From Dermatophilaceae bacterium (GTDB lineage Bacteria > Actinomycetota > Actinomycetes > Actinomycetales > Dermatophilaceae), in contig DAOTIG010000002.1 of the NCBI GenBank assembly GCA_035448065.1, positions 234-64,233 of the forward strand: DNA of 64,000 bases, given 5' to 3'. The notes beneath the pieces are model-generated. The model worked only from the letters and a program-made list of their open reading frames with translations, did not search any database and was not told where the DNA came from. Below, piece by piece: positions 17,993 through 27,282 of the stretch. How positions within the stretch are numbered: position 1 is the stretch's first letter; the number at the start of each line of letters is the position of its first letter. A program made the translations under genes and the position numbers.

Positions 17993-19142
17993 CCGGTATG
18001 CCGCCCGGCCGCACCGCCGGCGCGGCGAGCGCCGCCGTCACCTGGGCGGCGGTCACCGTGCCGACGAAGGCGCCCTGCTCGTCGACGAGCACCCCGCGAC
18101 CGGACGGCGCGGACAGCGCGGCGTCGAGCAGCGCGCGCAGCGAGCCGTCGCGGCGGGCGACGGTGCCCCCGCGGTGCAGGTCGTCGCGGGAGACCGCACC
18201 GGTGAGCCGCTCCGGCTCGACCCAGCCGACCGGCCGGCCCGCCTCGTCGACGACGAGCAGCCAGCGGTCGGTGGCGGTCGCGCGGGCCTGCCCGACGTCG
18301 GCGCCGAGCGGGACGGTGGGCTCCGGTGTCGGCTGGATCGGCAGGGCGTCGCGGAAGCCGAGCGCGCGGTAGCCCCGGTCGCGGCCGACGAAATCGGCGA
18401 CGAAGTCGTCGGCCGGGTCGGCCAGCAGCCGGGCCGGTGAGTCGACCTGCGCGAGCCGGCCGCCCACCCGGAGCACGGCGACCTGGTCGCCCAGCCGGAT
18501 CGCCTCGTCGATGTCGTGGGTGACGAAGAGGATCGTCTTGCCGAGGTCGGCCTGCAGGCCGAGCAGCTCGTCCTGCAGCTGCTCGCGGACCACCGGGTCG
18601 ACGGCCGAGAAGGGCTCGTCCATGAGCAGCACCGGGGGGTCGGCGGCCAGCGCCCGGGCCACGCCGACCCGCTGCTGCTGACCGCCGGAGAGCTGGCTGG
18701 GATAGCGGTCGGCAAGGGCCGCGTCGAGGCCGACCCGCTCGAGCAGCTCGAGCGCCCGGGCCCGGGAGCGGCGTCGGTCCCAGCCGAGCAGTCGCGGCAC
18801 GGTGGCGACGTTGTCGGCGACCGTGCGGTGCGGGAAGAGGCCGGCGTGCTGGATGACATAGCCGATGCCGCGGCGCAGCTCGGCGGGGTCGAGCGTGGCG
18901 GTGTCGCGGCCGCCGAGGGTGATCGTGCCGGAGGTCGGCTCGATCATCCGGTTGACCATCCGCAGGGTCGTCGTCTTCCCGCAACCGGAGGGCCCGACGA
19001 GCACGGTGACCTGCCCGGCCGGCACGTCGAGGGTCAGCTCGTCGACGGCGACCGTCGGGGCGTTCCGGTCGCCCGCCGCCGAGCCGGCACCGCGAGCCGG
19101 CCGCGCGGCATACGACTTGGTGACGCGCTCGAAGCGGATCAT
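17964..19142 (-). CDS. ABC transporter ATP-binding protein with C-terminal CBS pair (OpuCA/ProV-like)
   Basis: Start chosen at the internal ATG (MIRFERVTKSY). Walker A GPSGCGKTT, LSGGQQQRVGVARAL, LLMDEP. The C-terminal CBS-like region is DRWLLVVDEAGRPVGWV...VLVDEQGAFVGTV. Confidence 0.85.
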   Translation of the reverse strand: MIRFERVTKSYAARPARGAGSAAGDRNAPTVAVDELTLDVPAGQVTVLVGPSGCGKTTTLRMVNRMIEPTSGTITLGGRDTATLDPAELRRGIGYVIQHAGLFPHRTVADNVATVPRLLGWDRRRSRARALELLERVGLDAALADRYPSQLSGGQQQRVGVARALAADPPVLLMDEPFSAVDPVVREQLQDELLGLQADLGKTILFVTHDIDEAIRLGDQVAVLRVGGRLAQVDSPARLLADPADDFVADFVGRDRGYRALGFRDALPIQPTPEPTVPLGADVGQARATATDRWLLVVDEAGRPVGWVEPERLTGAVSRDDLHRGGTVARRDGSLRALLDAALSAPSGRGVLVDEQGAFVGTVTAAQVTAALAAPAVRPGGIPDGGGHAVDR

Positions 19143-19300
19143 CCCGTGACGGTATCCCGGGACACCGACAGCCACACCCGGTCGCCTCCGCACGATCTGG
19201 CCACGGGGGCGTCATGATGTGACCCGTATCACGTCCAATGGATGCGGCTCCTTCACGAGAGGAATCGAGCCGGACGTCTTACACCCGCGAGGAGGCGGCG

Positions 19301-19624
19301 ATGGACCAGACCGAGGTGGGCCTGCCCGGCCCCGGGATGCGGCCGTGGGCGGCCCGCGTGCACCGCCTCGACCTCGGTCCCGGCAGCCTGTTGCGCTGCG
19401 GGGCGCAGACCTGGTTCGTGCCCGTCGAGGTGATGCTGGCCTACGAGCGGGCCGGCGGCCCGAGCGGCGCCCTGGGGCTGCCGGCGAGCGGTCCGGTGCT
19501 CGAGGACGCCGCCGGCGTGGCCGACGGGCCGGCGGCATACACGGTCCGCTTCGAGCACGGAGCGATCCGCGTCACCGACGGCACCGACCCGGTCACCACC
19601 CTCGACGCGCTGCCCGCCGCCTGA
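19301..19624 (+). CDS. Hypothetical protein with a weak LGFP-repeat-like segment
   Basis: GAGGAGG precedes the ATG at 19301. Sequence: MDQTEVGLPGPGMRPW...AYERAGGPSGALGLPASGPV. Function unknown. Confidence 0.4.
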   Translation: MDQTEVGLPGPGMRPWAARVHRLDLGPGSLLRCGAQTWFVPVEVMLAYERAGGPSGALGLPASGPVLEDAAGVADGPAAYTVRFEHGAIRVTDGTDPVTTLDALPAA

Positions 19625-19628
19625 GGCG

Positions 19629-20198
19629 TCAGACCTCGGTGCGGTGGAAGCTCTGCCACGACCGGCTCGCGGTCGGGCCGCGCTGGCCCTGGTAGTGCGA
19701 GCCGTAGGTCGCTGAGCCGTACGGATTCTCGGCCGGCGACGAGAGCCGGAAGAAGCACAGCTGACCGATCTTCATCCCCGGATAGAGCATGATCGGCAGG
19801 GTCGCGACATTGCTCAGCTCGAGGGTGACATGCCCCGAGAAGCCCGGGTCGACGAATCCCGCCGTCGCGTGGGTGAGCAACCCCAGCCGACCGAGGCTCG
19901 ACTTGCCCTCGACGCGGGCGGCCAGGTCGTCGGGCAGGGTGACCGTCTCGAGCGTCGAGCCGAGCACGAACTCGCCGGGATGCAGCACGAAGGCGTCGTC
20001 GGCCTCGACGAGCCGGGTGAGGTCGGGCTGCTCGGCCGCCGGGTCGATGACCGGATAGCGGTGGTTGTCGAAGAGCCGGAAGAACTTGTCCAGCCGGACG
20101 TCGACGCTCGAGGGCTGGATCATCGCCGGATCCCACGGCTCCAGCCGCACCCGACCGGCGTCGACCTCGGCGCGAATGTCCCTGTCGGAGAGCAGCAC
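19629..20198 (-). CDS. dcd: dCTP deaminase
   Basis: (M)[42 protein letters not shown]...[20 protein letters not shown] at 20198 chosen. The track ORF starts at a TTG at 20207. Confidence 0.85.
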   Translation of the reverse strand: MLLSDRDIRAEVDAGRVRLEPWDPAMIQPSSVDVRLDKFFRLFDNHRYPVIDPAAEQPDLTRLVEADDAFVLHPGEFVLGSTLETVTLPDDLAARVEGKSSLGRLGLLTHATAGFVDPGFSGHVTLELSNVATLPIMLYPGMKIGQLCFFRLSSPAENPYGSATYGSHYQGQRGPTASRSWQSFHRTEV

Positions 20199-20294
20199 GG
20201 CGCCCAACCTATCCGGTTCGAGAGGGCCCGCGGAGGTGGGCTAGACTGCCGACTCGCCACGCGGCATACGCACGACCACTCGGTATGCCGCCGC

Positions 20295-20365
20295 GCGAGC
20301 GTAGCTCAATGGTAGAGCGCCAGCTTCCCAAGCTGGATACGCGGGTTCGATTCCCGTCGCTCGCT
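20295..20365 (+). tRNA. tRNA-Gly (anticodon CCC)
   Basis: Hand-folded cloverleaf: acceptor GCGAGCG/CGCTCGC, D arm GCTC-AATGGTA-GAGC, anticodon arm CCAGC-TTCCCAA-GCTGG, T arm GCGGG-TTCGATT-CCCGT, discriminator T. CCA is not encoded. Confidence 0.9.
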
Positions 20366-20376
20366 CCGATGGAGCA

Positions 20377-20404
20377 GGCCCGGCCGATCTCGGCCGGGCC
20401 TTTC
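20377..20404 (+). terminator. Intrinsic terminator after tRNA-Gly
   Basis: GGCCCGGCCG-atct-CGGCCGGGCC followed by TTT. Confidence 0.6.
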
Positions 20405-20465
20405 CGTATGCCGCGTGCGCTCGCAGTGACCGAGAGTCCACACTCGCCACCCTTCCGGAGATGCC

Positions 20466-20497
20466 AGTGGCGGCCCGGCATCGGCCGGACCGCCACT
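20466..20497 (-). terminator. Hairpin downstream of the lipoprotein gene
   Basis: AGTGGCGGCCCGGC-atcg-GCCGGACCGCCACT, 13 of 14 bp paired. No U-tract. Confidence 0.35.
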
Positions 20498-20512
20498 CGA
20501 GGCCCTCCCGGG

Positions 20513-21265
20513 TCAGGGGACGGCGACGACCTCGGCGGCCGGCGGAGCCTGCGGCGCCGGCGCCTTGTTCCAGTCGGTGAAGAGGACCTCGCCGGAGGTG
20601 CCCTTGGCGTCGACGCCGGTGAGCTTGACCGGCAGGTAGGTCTTGGCGTCGAGCATGAGCTTGCCCGGCGAGGCTGACGTGGAGTCGGTGAGGACGTAGA
20701 CGGTGGCTCCGTCGACGGTGTCGGTCTTCACCTCGGCGTCGACCTTGACGTCCTTGTACATCGAGGTGAGCAGCGATGCCGTCGTGAAGTCCTTCATCTT
20801 GTTCACCAGCGACGGCGACTTCACCCACTTGTCGACGACCTTCGTCGTGTCGACGCCACCGGCGTTCTTCTTCCAGAACGCGGCATTGGCCTTGAGATAG
20901 CCGTCGGCGCCGATCCGCAGGACGGTGATCTGCTGGTCGCCCTGGGTGATCGAGTAGCTCCCGTTGCTGCCGTCGGTGGCACCGTTGAAGTCCAGCGCCA
21001 TCGTCGAGCCGCTGTCGACGATCGAGCCCTTGAGGTGCACCGAGGTCGCGGCGAGCGCGGCGGCCTTGGACTTGTCGAGGAGCTCCTGGCCCTTCAGCGT
21101 CGGGGTCGGCGTGGGCGTCGGGGTCGGCGTCGCGGCCTTCGTCGTGGCCGCCGGCGCGCTCGACGCGGTGGTGGACGAGGTCGAGCTCTGGCAGGCGCCG
21201 AGCGCGATGACGGCGAGCGCCGCGGGCACGGCGACCCGGCTAAGGCGGGTGAGGGACATGGTCAT
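20513..21265 (-). CDS. Secreted lipoprotein with a PT-rich linker (possibly LppX/LprAFG-like)
   Basis: Internal ATG preceded by AGGAGG. Sequence: MTMSLTRLSRVAVPAALAVIALGACQSS (lipobox), then TPTPTPTPTPT linker and a beta-rich body. Confidence 0.7.
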   Translation of the reverse strand: MTMSLTRLSRVAVPAALAVIALGACQSSTSSTTASSAPAATTKAATPTPTPTPTPTLKGQELLDKSKAAALAATSVHLKGSIVDSGSTMALDFNGATDGSNGSYSITQGDQQITVLRIGADGYLKANAAFWKKNAGGVDTTKVVDKWVKSPSLVNKMKDFTTASLLTSMYKDVKVDAEVKTDTVDGATVYVLTDSTSASPGKLMLDAKTYLPVKLTGVDAKGTSGEVLFTDWNKAPAPQAPPAAEVVAVP

Positions 21266-21492
21266 GAGTGGACAGCCTCCTGCTGGTCGTGGCGGGATCG
21301 AGATGATCGACCGGCAGCCCCCTGCTCGGCCCAGGCTGATTCTAGCCGTTCGCCCCGAATCCGAAGGCTGGCGGCCGGGGCCGCCACCGGCCCTCACCAG
21401 CGCAGATCCCCCGATCGGGTCTTGGCGCCATCCGCGCGACGGCGTAGGCTCGACGCTTCAGCCGACCCAACCCGGCACCCTGCAGGAGCGTC

Positions 21493-23259
21493 ATGGCCCA
21501 CCGCACCGCCCGCGTCGTCAGCGCCGTCGCCGCAGCCAGCGCGCTGCTGGGGCAGCTCGCGCTCGGCGCCCCGGGCGCCATGGCCGACACCTCCGGCGGC
21601 GAGCAGCCCACAGGAGCGCGGACGCTGGCTGCCGCGGTCGCGGCATACGACGTGCAGGCCAACCGACCGCAAGTGGCCGGTGACGCGGGCTCCGACGGCA
21701 CGGCGCGCTTCCCCACGAACAAGCAGAACGAGACCTCGATCGCGGTCAACCCGATCGCCCAGCGCTATCTCGTCGCCGGGGCCAACGACGAGCAGCGTCA
21801 GCCGGCGTGCGGTCCAGGGCCGGTCCGCGGGCCGAGCGTGCCGGCATCCGACTGCTCCTTCGTCCCGGGCGTCGGCACGTCGGGCGTCTACACCTCCGAC
21901 GACGGTGGCCAGACCTGGACCAACCGCGGACTGCTCGACGACCAGCCGTCCTGGGCCGGCCTCGGCGTCATCAGCGACGGCGACCCGGTCATCGCCTACG
22001 GCCCCAAGCCCGACGGTGCTGGTGGCTTCTCGTATGCCGCGGGCGCCCGGGTCTACTACTCGAGCCTGGCGACGATCACGGGTGGCAAGGGCTACGAGTA
22101 CATCGTCGTCGCGTGGTCCGACGACGACGGCCGCACCTGGTCGGCGCCGGTCATCGGCACGACCAAGACGAGCAACGTCGACTTCAACGACAAGAACTGG
22201 ATCTCGGTCGACACCTCGCCCAGCAGCCCACACTTCGGCCAGGTTTATCTCACCTGGACCGAGTTCCGCTCCGCCACATCCACCGGCAACGGCAGCGAAC
22301 CGGTCATGGTGTCGGTGTCCCGGGACGGCGGACTCTCCTTCGGCAGCCCGAAGCAGCTGTCACCGGCGGGCAACAACGGCACCGGCAACGGACGTCAGGG
22401 CAGCACGAGCACCGTCGGACCGGACGGCACCGTCTACGTCGGCTTCGAGCAAGGCAGCGACCAGGTCGTCTCGATCTCACGGGACGGCGGCTCGTCGTGG
22501 ACCCGACCGGCATCGATGGGCTCAGTCCGCGAGATCGCCGATCCGATCCCCGGCGCGGCCTTCCGCACCAACAGCTTCCCCGTGCTTGCCGCCGACCCGC
22601 GCGTGGGCAGCACGGTCGTGTATGCCGCGTGGGCCACCCGGGTTGCCGACGCCGACGGCGCGGACACCGGGCGGATCGTCGTCGTCCGCTCGGCCGACGC
22701 CGGCCGGACATGGGGCACGCCGGTGGAGGTGAGCGGCGGCGGCGAGGGCTACGCCTTCTTCCCCGGGCTCGACGTCGCGGCCAACGGTCGGGTCGACCTG
22801 GGCTACCAGGCGCTGCAGGCAGCCGACCCGCACGCCTTCGGCACCGGCAACGCCACCATCGACGCGTGGTATCGCACGTCGACCGACGGCCAGCTGTGGA
22901 GCCAGGCGCAGCGCGTCTCCTCCGCCTCCAGTGACCCCGCAGTGAGTGCGCAGAACAACCTGCAGCGACAGTTCTGGGGGGACTACACCACCCTGGTGTC
23001 CGGTGACGAGGCCGCGTGGTTCGTCTACACCGACTCGCGCAACGGGGAGGGCTGCGCGGCCGTCGATGCCTATCAGCGCTACCTCGTCGACACCGGCGCG
23101 GTCGTCCGGGGCGACATGGCTGATCGGCTGCAGCTCAAGACGACCGGCGTCAACCCGGCCGCGACCCCGCCGAGCGAGAAGCCGGCCCCGCCGACCGCCT
23201 GCCCGGCCCAGTACGGCAACACCGACGTCTACGTGTCGGTCATCGACCCGACGCCCTGA
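21493..23259 (+). CDS. Secreted BNR/Asp-box repeat protein (sialidase-like beta-propeller)
   Basis: Signal peptide MAHRTARVVSAVAAASALLGQLALGAPGAMA. Asp-boxes SDDGGQTW, SDDDGRTW, SRDGGLSF, SRDGGSSW, SADAGRTW, STDGQLW. Confidence 0.75.
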   Translation: MAHRTARVVSAVAAASALLGQLALGAPGAMADTSGGEQPTGARTLAAAVAAYDVQANRPQVAGDAGSDGTARFPTNKQNETSIAVNPIAQRYLVAGANDEQRQPACGPGPVRGPSVPASDCSFVPGVGTSGVYTSDDGGQTWTNRGLLDDQPSWAGLGVISDGDPVIAYGPKPDGAGGFSYAAGARVYYSSLATITGGKGYEYIVVAWSDDDGRTWSAPVIGTTKTSNVDFNDKNWISVDTSPSSPHFGQVYLTWTEFRSATSTGNGSEPVMVSVSRDGGLSFGSPKQLSPAGNNGTGNGRQGSTSTVGPDGTVYVGFEQGSDQVVSISRDGGSSWTRPASMGSVREIADPIPGAAFRTNSFPVLAADPRVGSTVVYAAWATRVADADGADTGRIVVVRSADAGRTWGTPVEVSGGGEGYAFFPGLDVAANGRVDLGYQALQAADPHAFGTGNATIDAWYRTSTDGQLWSQAQRVSSASSDPAVSAQNNLQRQFWGDYTTLVSGDEAAWFVYTDSRNGEGCAAVDAYQRYLVDTGAVVRGDMADRLQLKTTGVNPAATPPSEKPAPPTACPAQYGNTDVYVSVIDPTP

Positions 23260-23298
23260 TCGGCTCACCGGACAGCAGCGCCGGGCTCGGGCAGCCGG

Positions 23299-23568
23299 TC
23301 ACCCGGCGAGCTGGGTCCCGGACCCGCCGCTCATCGAGCCGACCATGCCCGTGACGTAGGGCACCAGCCAGAGCGCCCACACCCAGAGCGAGAAGCGGTG
23401 GAAGCCGACGAGCTCGGGCTCGCGCCCCCGCCGCACGACGGCCAGCGCCCAGGCCGCGTGGACCGCCATGACGATCAGCGCCAGCGCTCCGGTGACCGCC
23501 ATCACCTGGGTCAACCCGGGCGACCCGGTCTCGGCCGCGCCGGCGTGGCCGGCTGCGATGCGGCTCAT
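23299..23568 (-). CDS. Small membrane protein, possibly an N-terminally truncated remnant
   Basis: 89 aa with 2-3 TM segments. The same frame stays open and hydrophobic for 20 more codons upstream (QDADAAFLVGLTVDATGTFV) without any start codon, up to a stop at 23629-23631. Confidence 0.35.
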   Translation of the reverse strand: MSRIAAGHAGAAETGSPGLTQVMAVTGALALIVMAVHAAWALAVVRRGREPELVGFHRFSLWVWALWLVPYVTGMVGSMSGGSGTQLAG

Positions 23569-23646
23569 GACGAAGGTGCCGGTGGCATCGACGGTGAGGC
23601 CGACGAGGAAGGCCGCGTCAGCATCTTGTCAACATGACTGTCGGGA

Positions 23647-24708
23647 TCATCGCAGCGGGTCGACCACCACCAGGCCCGTCGCCGCCATCGCCATCAGCGC
23701 CGCCGGCGCGTCGGCCAGCGGCACCACGTGGGACACCAGCCGGGCCGGCTCGAGGCGGCCCCCGTCCACCAGGTCGAGCAGCTCGGGATAGTCACGCGCC
23801 GGCATCCCGTGCGACCCGAGCACGGCCAGCTCCCGCGCGATGACCTGCCCCATCGGCACCTCGCACACCGCGTCCGCGCGGAGCAGCAGGCCGACCTGGA
23901 CATGCCGGCCTCGAGGTCGCAGCGAGCGCACCGACGTGCGCAGCACGTCGACCGAGCCGATCGCATCGAGGGACAGGTGCGGTCCGCCCTCGGTCGCCTC
24001 GACGAGGTCGGCCAGCGCCGCGCGCTCACCCCGGCCCTGCTCCCCCACGCCGCGACCGACCCCGGCCGCCAGCGCCACCTCGGCGCCCAGGTCGAGCGCC
24101 GCCTGGCGGGCCGCGGATGCCACGTCGACCGCCACCACCCGAGCCCCCAGCGCGACGCCGATCTGCACCGCCGACAGCCCGACCCCGCCGCACCCGTGCA
24201 CCGCGAGCCACTCGCCCGCCTGCAGCCGGCCGACGCCGACGAGCGCCCGGTAGGCCGTGGCATAGCGACAGCCGAGGGCGGCCGCGGCGACCACGTCGAC
24301 CGAGTCCGGCAGCCGGATCAGGTTGGTGTCGGCCGCCTCGATGGCGACGAGCTCGCCGAAGGAGCCCCACCCGGTGAAGCCCGGCTGGGTCTGCCGGGGG
24401 CAGACGTGCGTGTCGCCGGCGCGGCATACCGGACAGTCACCGCAGCCACACGCGAACGGCACGGTGACCCGGTCGCCGACCCGCCACCGGCGCACCGCCG
24501 GCCCGACCTCGGCGACCTCGCCGGCGAGCTCGTGCCCCGGCACCATCGGCAGCGGCACGGGGTCGTGGCCGAGCCACGCGTGCCAGTCCGAGCGGCATAC
24601 GCCGGTCGCGAGCACGCGCACGACGACGCCGCCGGGCGGACAGACCGGGTCGGGCAGCTCGCCCACCGTCGGCGGCTGTCCGTATGCCGCGTAGCTCACC
24701 GCGCGCAC
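23647..24708 (-). CDS. Zinc-binding alcohol dehydrogenase family protein
   Basis: GVCRSDWHAWLGH (catalytic Zn), CGDCPVCRAGDTHVC (structural Zn), GCGGVGLSAVQ (Rossmann). Confidence 0.85.
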   Translation of the reverse strand: MRAVSYAAYGQPPTVGELPDPVCPPGGVVVRVLATGVCRSDWHAWLGHDPVPLPMVPGHELAGEVAEVGPAVRRWRVGDRVTVPFACGCGDCPVCRAGDTHVCPRQTQPGFTGWGSFGELVAIEAADTNLIRLPDSVDVVAAAALGCRYATAYRALVGVGRLQAGEWLAVHGCGGVGLSAVQIGVALGARVVAVDVASAARQAALDLGAEVALAAGVGRGVGEQGRGERAALADLVEATEGGPHLSLDAIGSVDVLRTSVRSLRPRGRHVQVGLLLRADAVCEVPMGQVIARELAVLGSHGMPARDYPELLDLVDGGRLEPARLVSHVVPLADAPAALMAMAATGLVVVDPLR

Positions 24709-24724
24709 GAGGCCACTCCCTCCC

Positions 24725-25966
24725 TCACTCCGAGCCGTGCATGTTCTCGACCGACTGGCCGCTGGCGGCCTTGCGCTCGTTGTCGGCCGTGGCCACCCGA
24801 TCGCGGTCGCGCACGAGGAACTCCGCGAGCGCGAGCACGAGGACGACCCCGACGAGCAGCACGGTCAGCCCGGTCTCGAGCCCGGCGAGGCATACCGCGA
24901 TGACGACGACGGAGGTGGCGACGCCGCGGCGCAGCGTCTTCCACGATGCCGAGTCGACGCCGTGCAGCCAGCCGAGCATGAGCAGGTATGCCGCGACCGG
25001 CAGTCCCAGGGTGAGCGCAGCTGCGCGGCTGCTCACGTGCGCCACGTGCTCGACGACGTCGATGCATGCGCCCAGGCCGGCCCCGACCGCCGCCACGGAG
25101 GCGTAGATGACGTAGTGCCCGTAGCCCCACAGCCACGGGGAGTCGCGGTCCTCCTCGGCGAGCCGCTCCTCGTAGGAGTGCTTGAAGTAGAACCACCACA
25201 GGCAGAAGACGACCAGCAGGCCGCCGACGATGGCCAGCAGCAGCGGGCCGGTGATGCCGTGCTCGTCGAGGGACCCCGAGATCGCCCGCGTCGTCGACAG
25301 CAGCACCTCGCCGAGCACGATGATCGTCATCAGGCCGTAGCGCTCGACCATGTGCGCCGGGTGCCAGGGCGTGGTGCCGTGCCGCTCGGCGACCACCGGC
25401 ACGAGCAGCTCGCCGGCGACGAGCAGCAGCAGCAGGGCCACTCCGCCCGGGGAGCCCAGCAGCAGCCAGCCGACCCACAGCAGCTGCATGAGCTGGATGC
25501 CGGCGGCATAGCTGCGCGCGGTCGCGCGCCGGTCCTCGTCGGCGTGGGCGGCGCGCAGCCACTGCACGACCATCGGCGCCCGCATGATCGCGTAGCCGAG
25601 GACGACGACCCCGTAGTCGCCGTCCGCGAAGGCCCGCGGCACGCCGGCGGCGAGCACGAGCACGCCGGCCATCTGGACGAAGGTGAGCACCCGCCACACG
25701 ACGTCGTTCGTGTCGTAGGCGGAGGCGAACCAGGAGTAGTTCATCCAGGCCCACCAGATCCCGAAGAACGTGACGAGGTAGCCGCCGAGGTTGGACCAAT
25801 GCCCCTCGGCCAGCCCGTGGTGCAGCTCGGAGGCGGCCGCCGCGACCGCGACGACGAAGGTCAGGTCGAAGAACAGCTCGAGCGGGGTCGCCGCCCGATG
25901 CTCCTCATGTCGGTCCCGGCCGACGAGCGGAGTGATCCATGGGGTCTCGTTGCCCGTTGACGCCAT
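24725..25966 (-). CDS. Low-temperature-requirement protein A (LtrA) family membrane protein
   Basis: ATPLELFFDLTFVVAVAAAA near the N-terminus, followed by about 10 TM segments. Confidence 0.8.
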   Translation of the reverse strand: MASTGNETPWITPLVGRDRHEEHRAATPLELFFDLTFVVAVAAAASELHHGLAEGHWSNLGGYLVTFFGIWWAWMNYSWFASAYDTNDVVWRVLTFVQMAGVLVLAAGVPRAFADGDYGVVVLGYAIMRAPMVVQWLRAAHADEDRRATARSYAAGIQLMQLLWVGWLLLGSPGGVALLLLLVAGELLVPVVAERHGTTPWHPAHMVERYGLMTIIVLGEVLLSTTRAISGSLDEHGITGPLLLAIVGGLLVVFCLWWFYFKHSYEERLAEEDRDSPWLWGYGHYVIYASVAAVGAGLGACIDVVEHVAHVSSRAAALTLGLPVAAYLLMLGWLHGVDSASWKTLRRGVATSVVVIAVCLAGLETGLTVLLVGVVLVLALAEFLVRDRDRVATADNERKAASGQSVENMHGSE

Positions 25967-25996
25967 GGGCAGACCCTAGGGCGTTGCGGCTCCGGG

Positions 25997-27136
25997 TCAG
26001 CGCAGCCGCTCGCGTCCCACCCGCTCGGCGAGCCGGCGCAGCAACCAGCCCGCCTCGCTCATGCAGCGCTGCTCGTCGGGCTCGAGGTCGGTGAGCGCAT
26101 AGACCTGCTCGATGCCCGAGGCCGCGACGTCGTCCGCCGACAGCAGCGCCCGACCACACACGGCGACCACCGGAATGCCGTGAGCCGCAGCGGCGCTTGC
26201 CACGCCGGCCGGGGTCTTGCCGAGCAAGGTCTGCCGGTCGAGCGATCCCTCACCGGTGACGACGAGGGCGGCACCCTCGACGACCTGCTCGAAGCCGACG
26301 ACGTCGAGGACGAGCTCGACCCCGGGTCGCATCCGGGCGCCGAGCACGGCCTGCGCGGCATACCCGACGCCGCCGGCGGCCCCGGCTCCGGGCAGGCCGG
26401 TGTCGTCGCGACCCATCGCCGCGGTGACCAGGGCGGCGTAGTGGGTGAGCGCGGCCTCGAGCACCTGCTGCTCAGCCTCGCCGGCGCCCTTCTGCGGGCT
26501 GAAGATCGCGACCGCACCGGACTCCCCGAGCAAGGGGTTGTTGACGTCGCACGCGAGAGTGAGCTGCACGTCGGCCAGCCGAGGATGCAGGCCGCTGAGG
26601 TCGACCGCCGCCAGACCGGCGAGCGCCGCGCCGCCGTCGGCCAGCGGACGCCCCTCGGCGTCGATGAGCCGCGCACCGAGGGCGGCGAGCATGCCCGCGC
26701 CGCCGTCGGTGCTCGCGCTGCCGCCGATGCCGACGACGAGGTGCTCGACCTGCTCGCTGCCGTCGAGCGCGGCCGCCATCATCTCGCCGAGGCCGCGCGA
26801 GCTCGCCGTGAGCGGCTGTCGGATCCCGCCGGGCAGGTGCACGAGGCCGCAGCAGTCGGCCATCTCGACGACGGCGACGCCGTCGCGCACGGCATACCCG
26901 CTGGTCACCGGCTCGCCGGTGGGGCCGGCGACGGTGACCGGGACGTGCGTGAAGCCCGCCGACTCGGCCGCCGCGAGCGTGCCGTCGCCGCCGTCGGCGA
27001 CGAGGACCGAGCGCACCTCACGGCCGGGCGCGGCCGCCGCGAGACCGTCGCGGATCGCCTCGACCACCTCGATCGCGGTGAGCGAGCCCTTGAACTTGTC
27101 GCACGCGATGACGACGTGCCCCGTCGCATTCGTCAT
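25997..27136 (-). CDS. Glycerate kinase
   Basis: Internal ATG (MTNATGHVVIACDKFKGSLTAIEV...LVADGGDGTL...GIGGSASTDGGAGML). The 53-codon upstream part of the ORF is Arg-rich and has no homology-like features. Confidence 0.85.
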   Translation of the reverse strand: MTNATGHVVIACDKFKGSLTAIEVVEAIRDGLAAAAPGREVRSVLVADGGDGTLAAAESAGFTHVPVTVAGPTGEPVTSGYAVRDGVAVVEMADCCGLVHLPGGIRQPLTASSRGLGEMMAAALDGSEQVEHLVVGIGGSASTDGGAGMLAALGARLIDAEGRPLADGGAALAGLAAVDLSGLHPRLADVQLTLACDVNNPLLGESGAVAIFSPQKGAGEAEQQVLEAALTHYAALVTAAMGRDDTGLPGAGAAGGVGYAAQAVLGARMRPGVELVLDVVGFEQVVEGAALVVTGEGSLDRQTLLGKTPAGVASAAAAHGIPVVAVCGRALLSADDVAASGIEQVYALTDLEPDEQRCMSEAGWLLRRLAERVGRERLR

Positions 27137-27282
27137 GCTCGCACTGTATGCCGCGTGGCGCCGTCTGCGGGAGGACGCAGGTCCCCCGCGCGCACGCGCG
27201 CGCAGCGCTAGATTCGACACGACCAGATCAGGTCGCACTCCGACCCAACGGCACCCCCACAACGGCGTGAAGGACGGCATCC

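Noticed and set aside
17719-19215. 498-aa minus-strand ORF spanning the ATPase/permease junction
   Set aside because: It is an out-of-frame shadow of the OpuCA-like ATPase. The translation is almost entirely Arg/Pro/Gly/Ala.
19219-19695. Alternative overlapping ORFs around the small 19301-19624 gene (19219..19695, 19242..19433, and minus-strand ones)
   Set aside because: These are Arg/Pro-rich shadow frames. Only the frame with an SD-preceded ATG at 19301 gives a plausible globular sequence, and even that gene is low confidence.
21098-21132. Repetitive ggggtcggcgtgggcgtcggggtcggcgtc tract
   Set aside because: It encodes the (TP)n linker of the lipoprotein on the minus strand. This is low-complexity coding sequence, not an independent repeat element.
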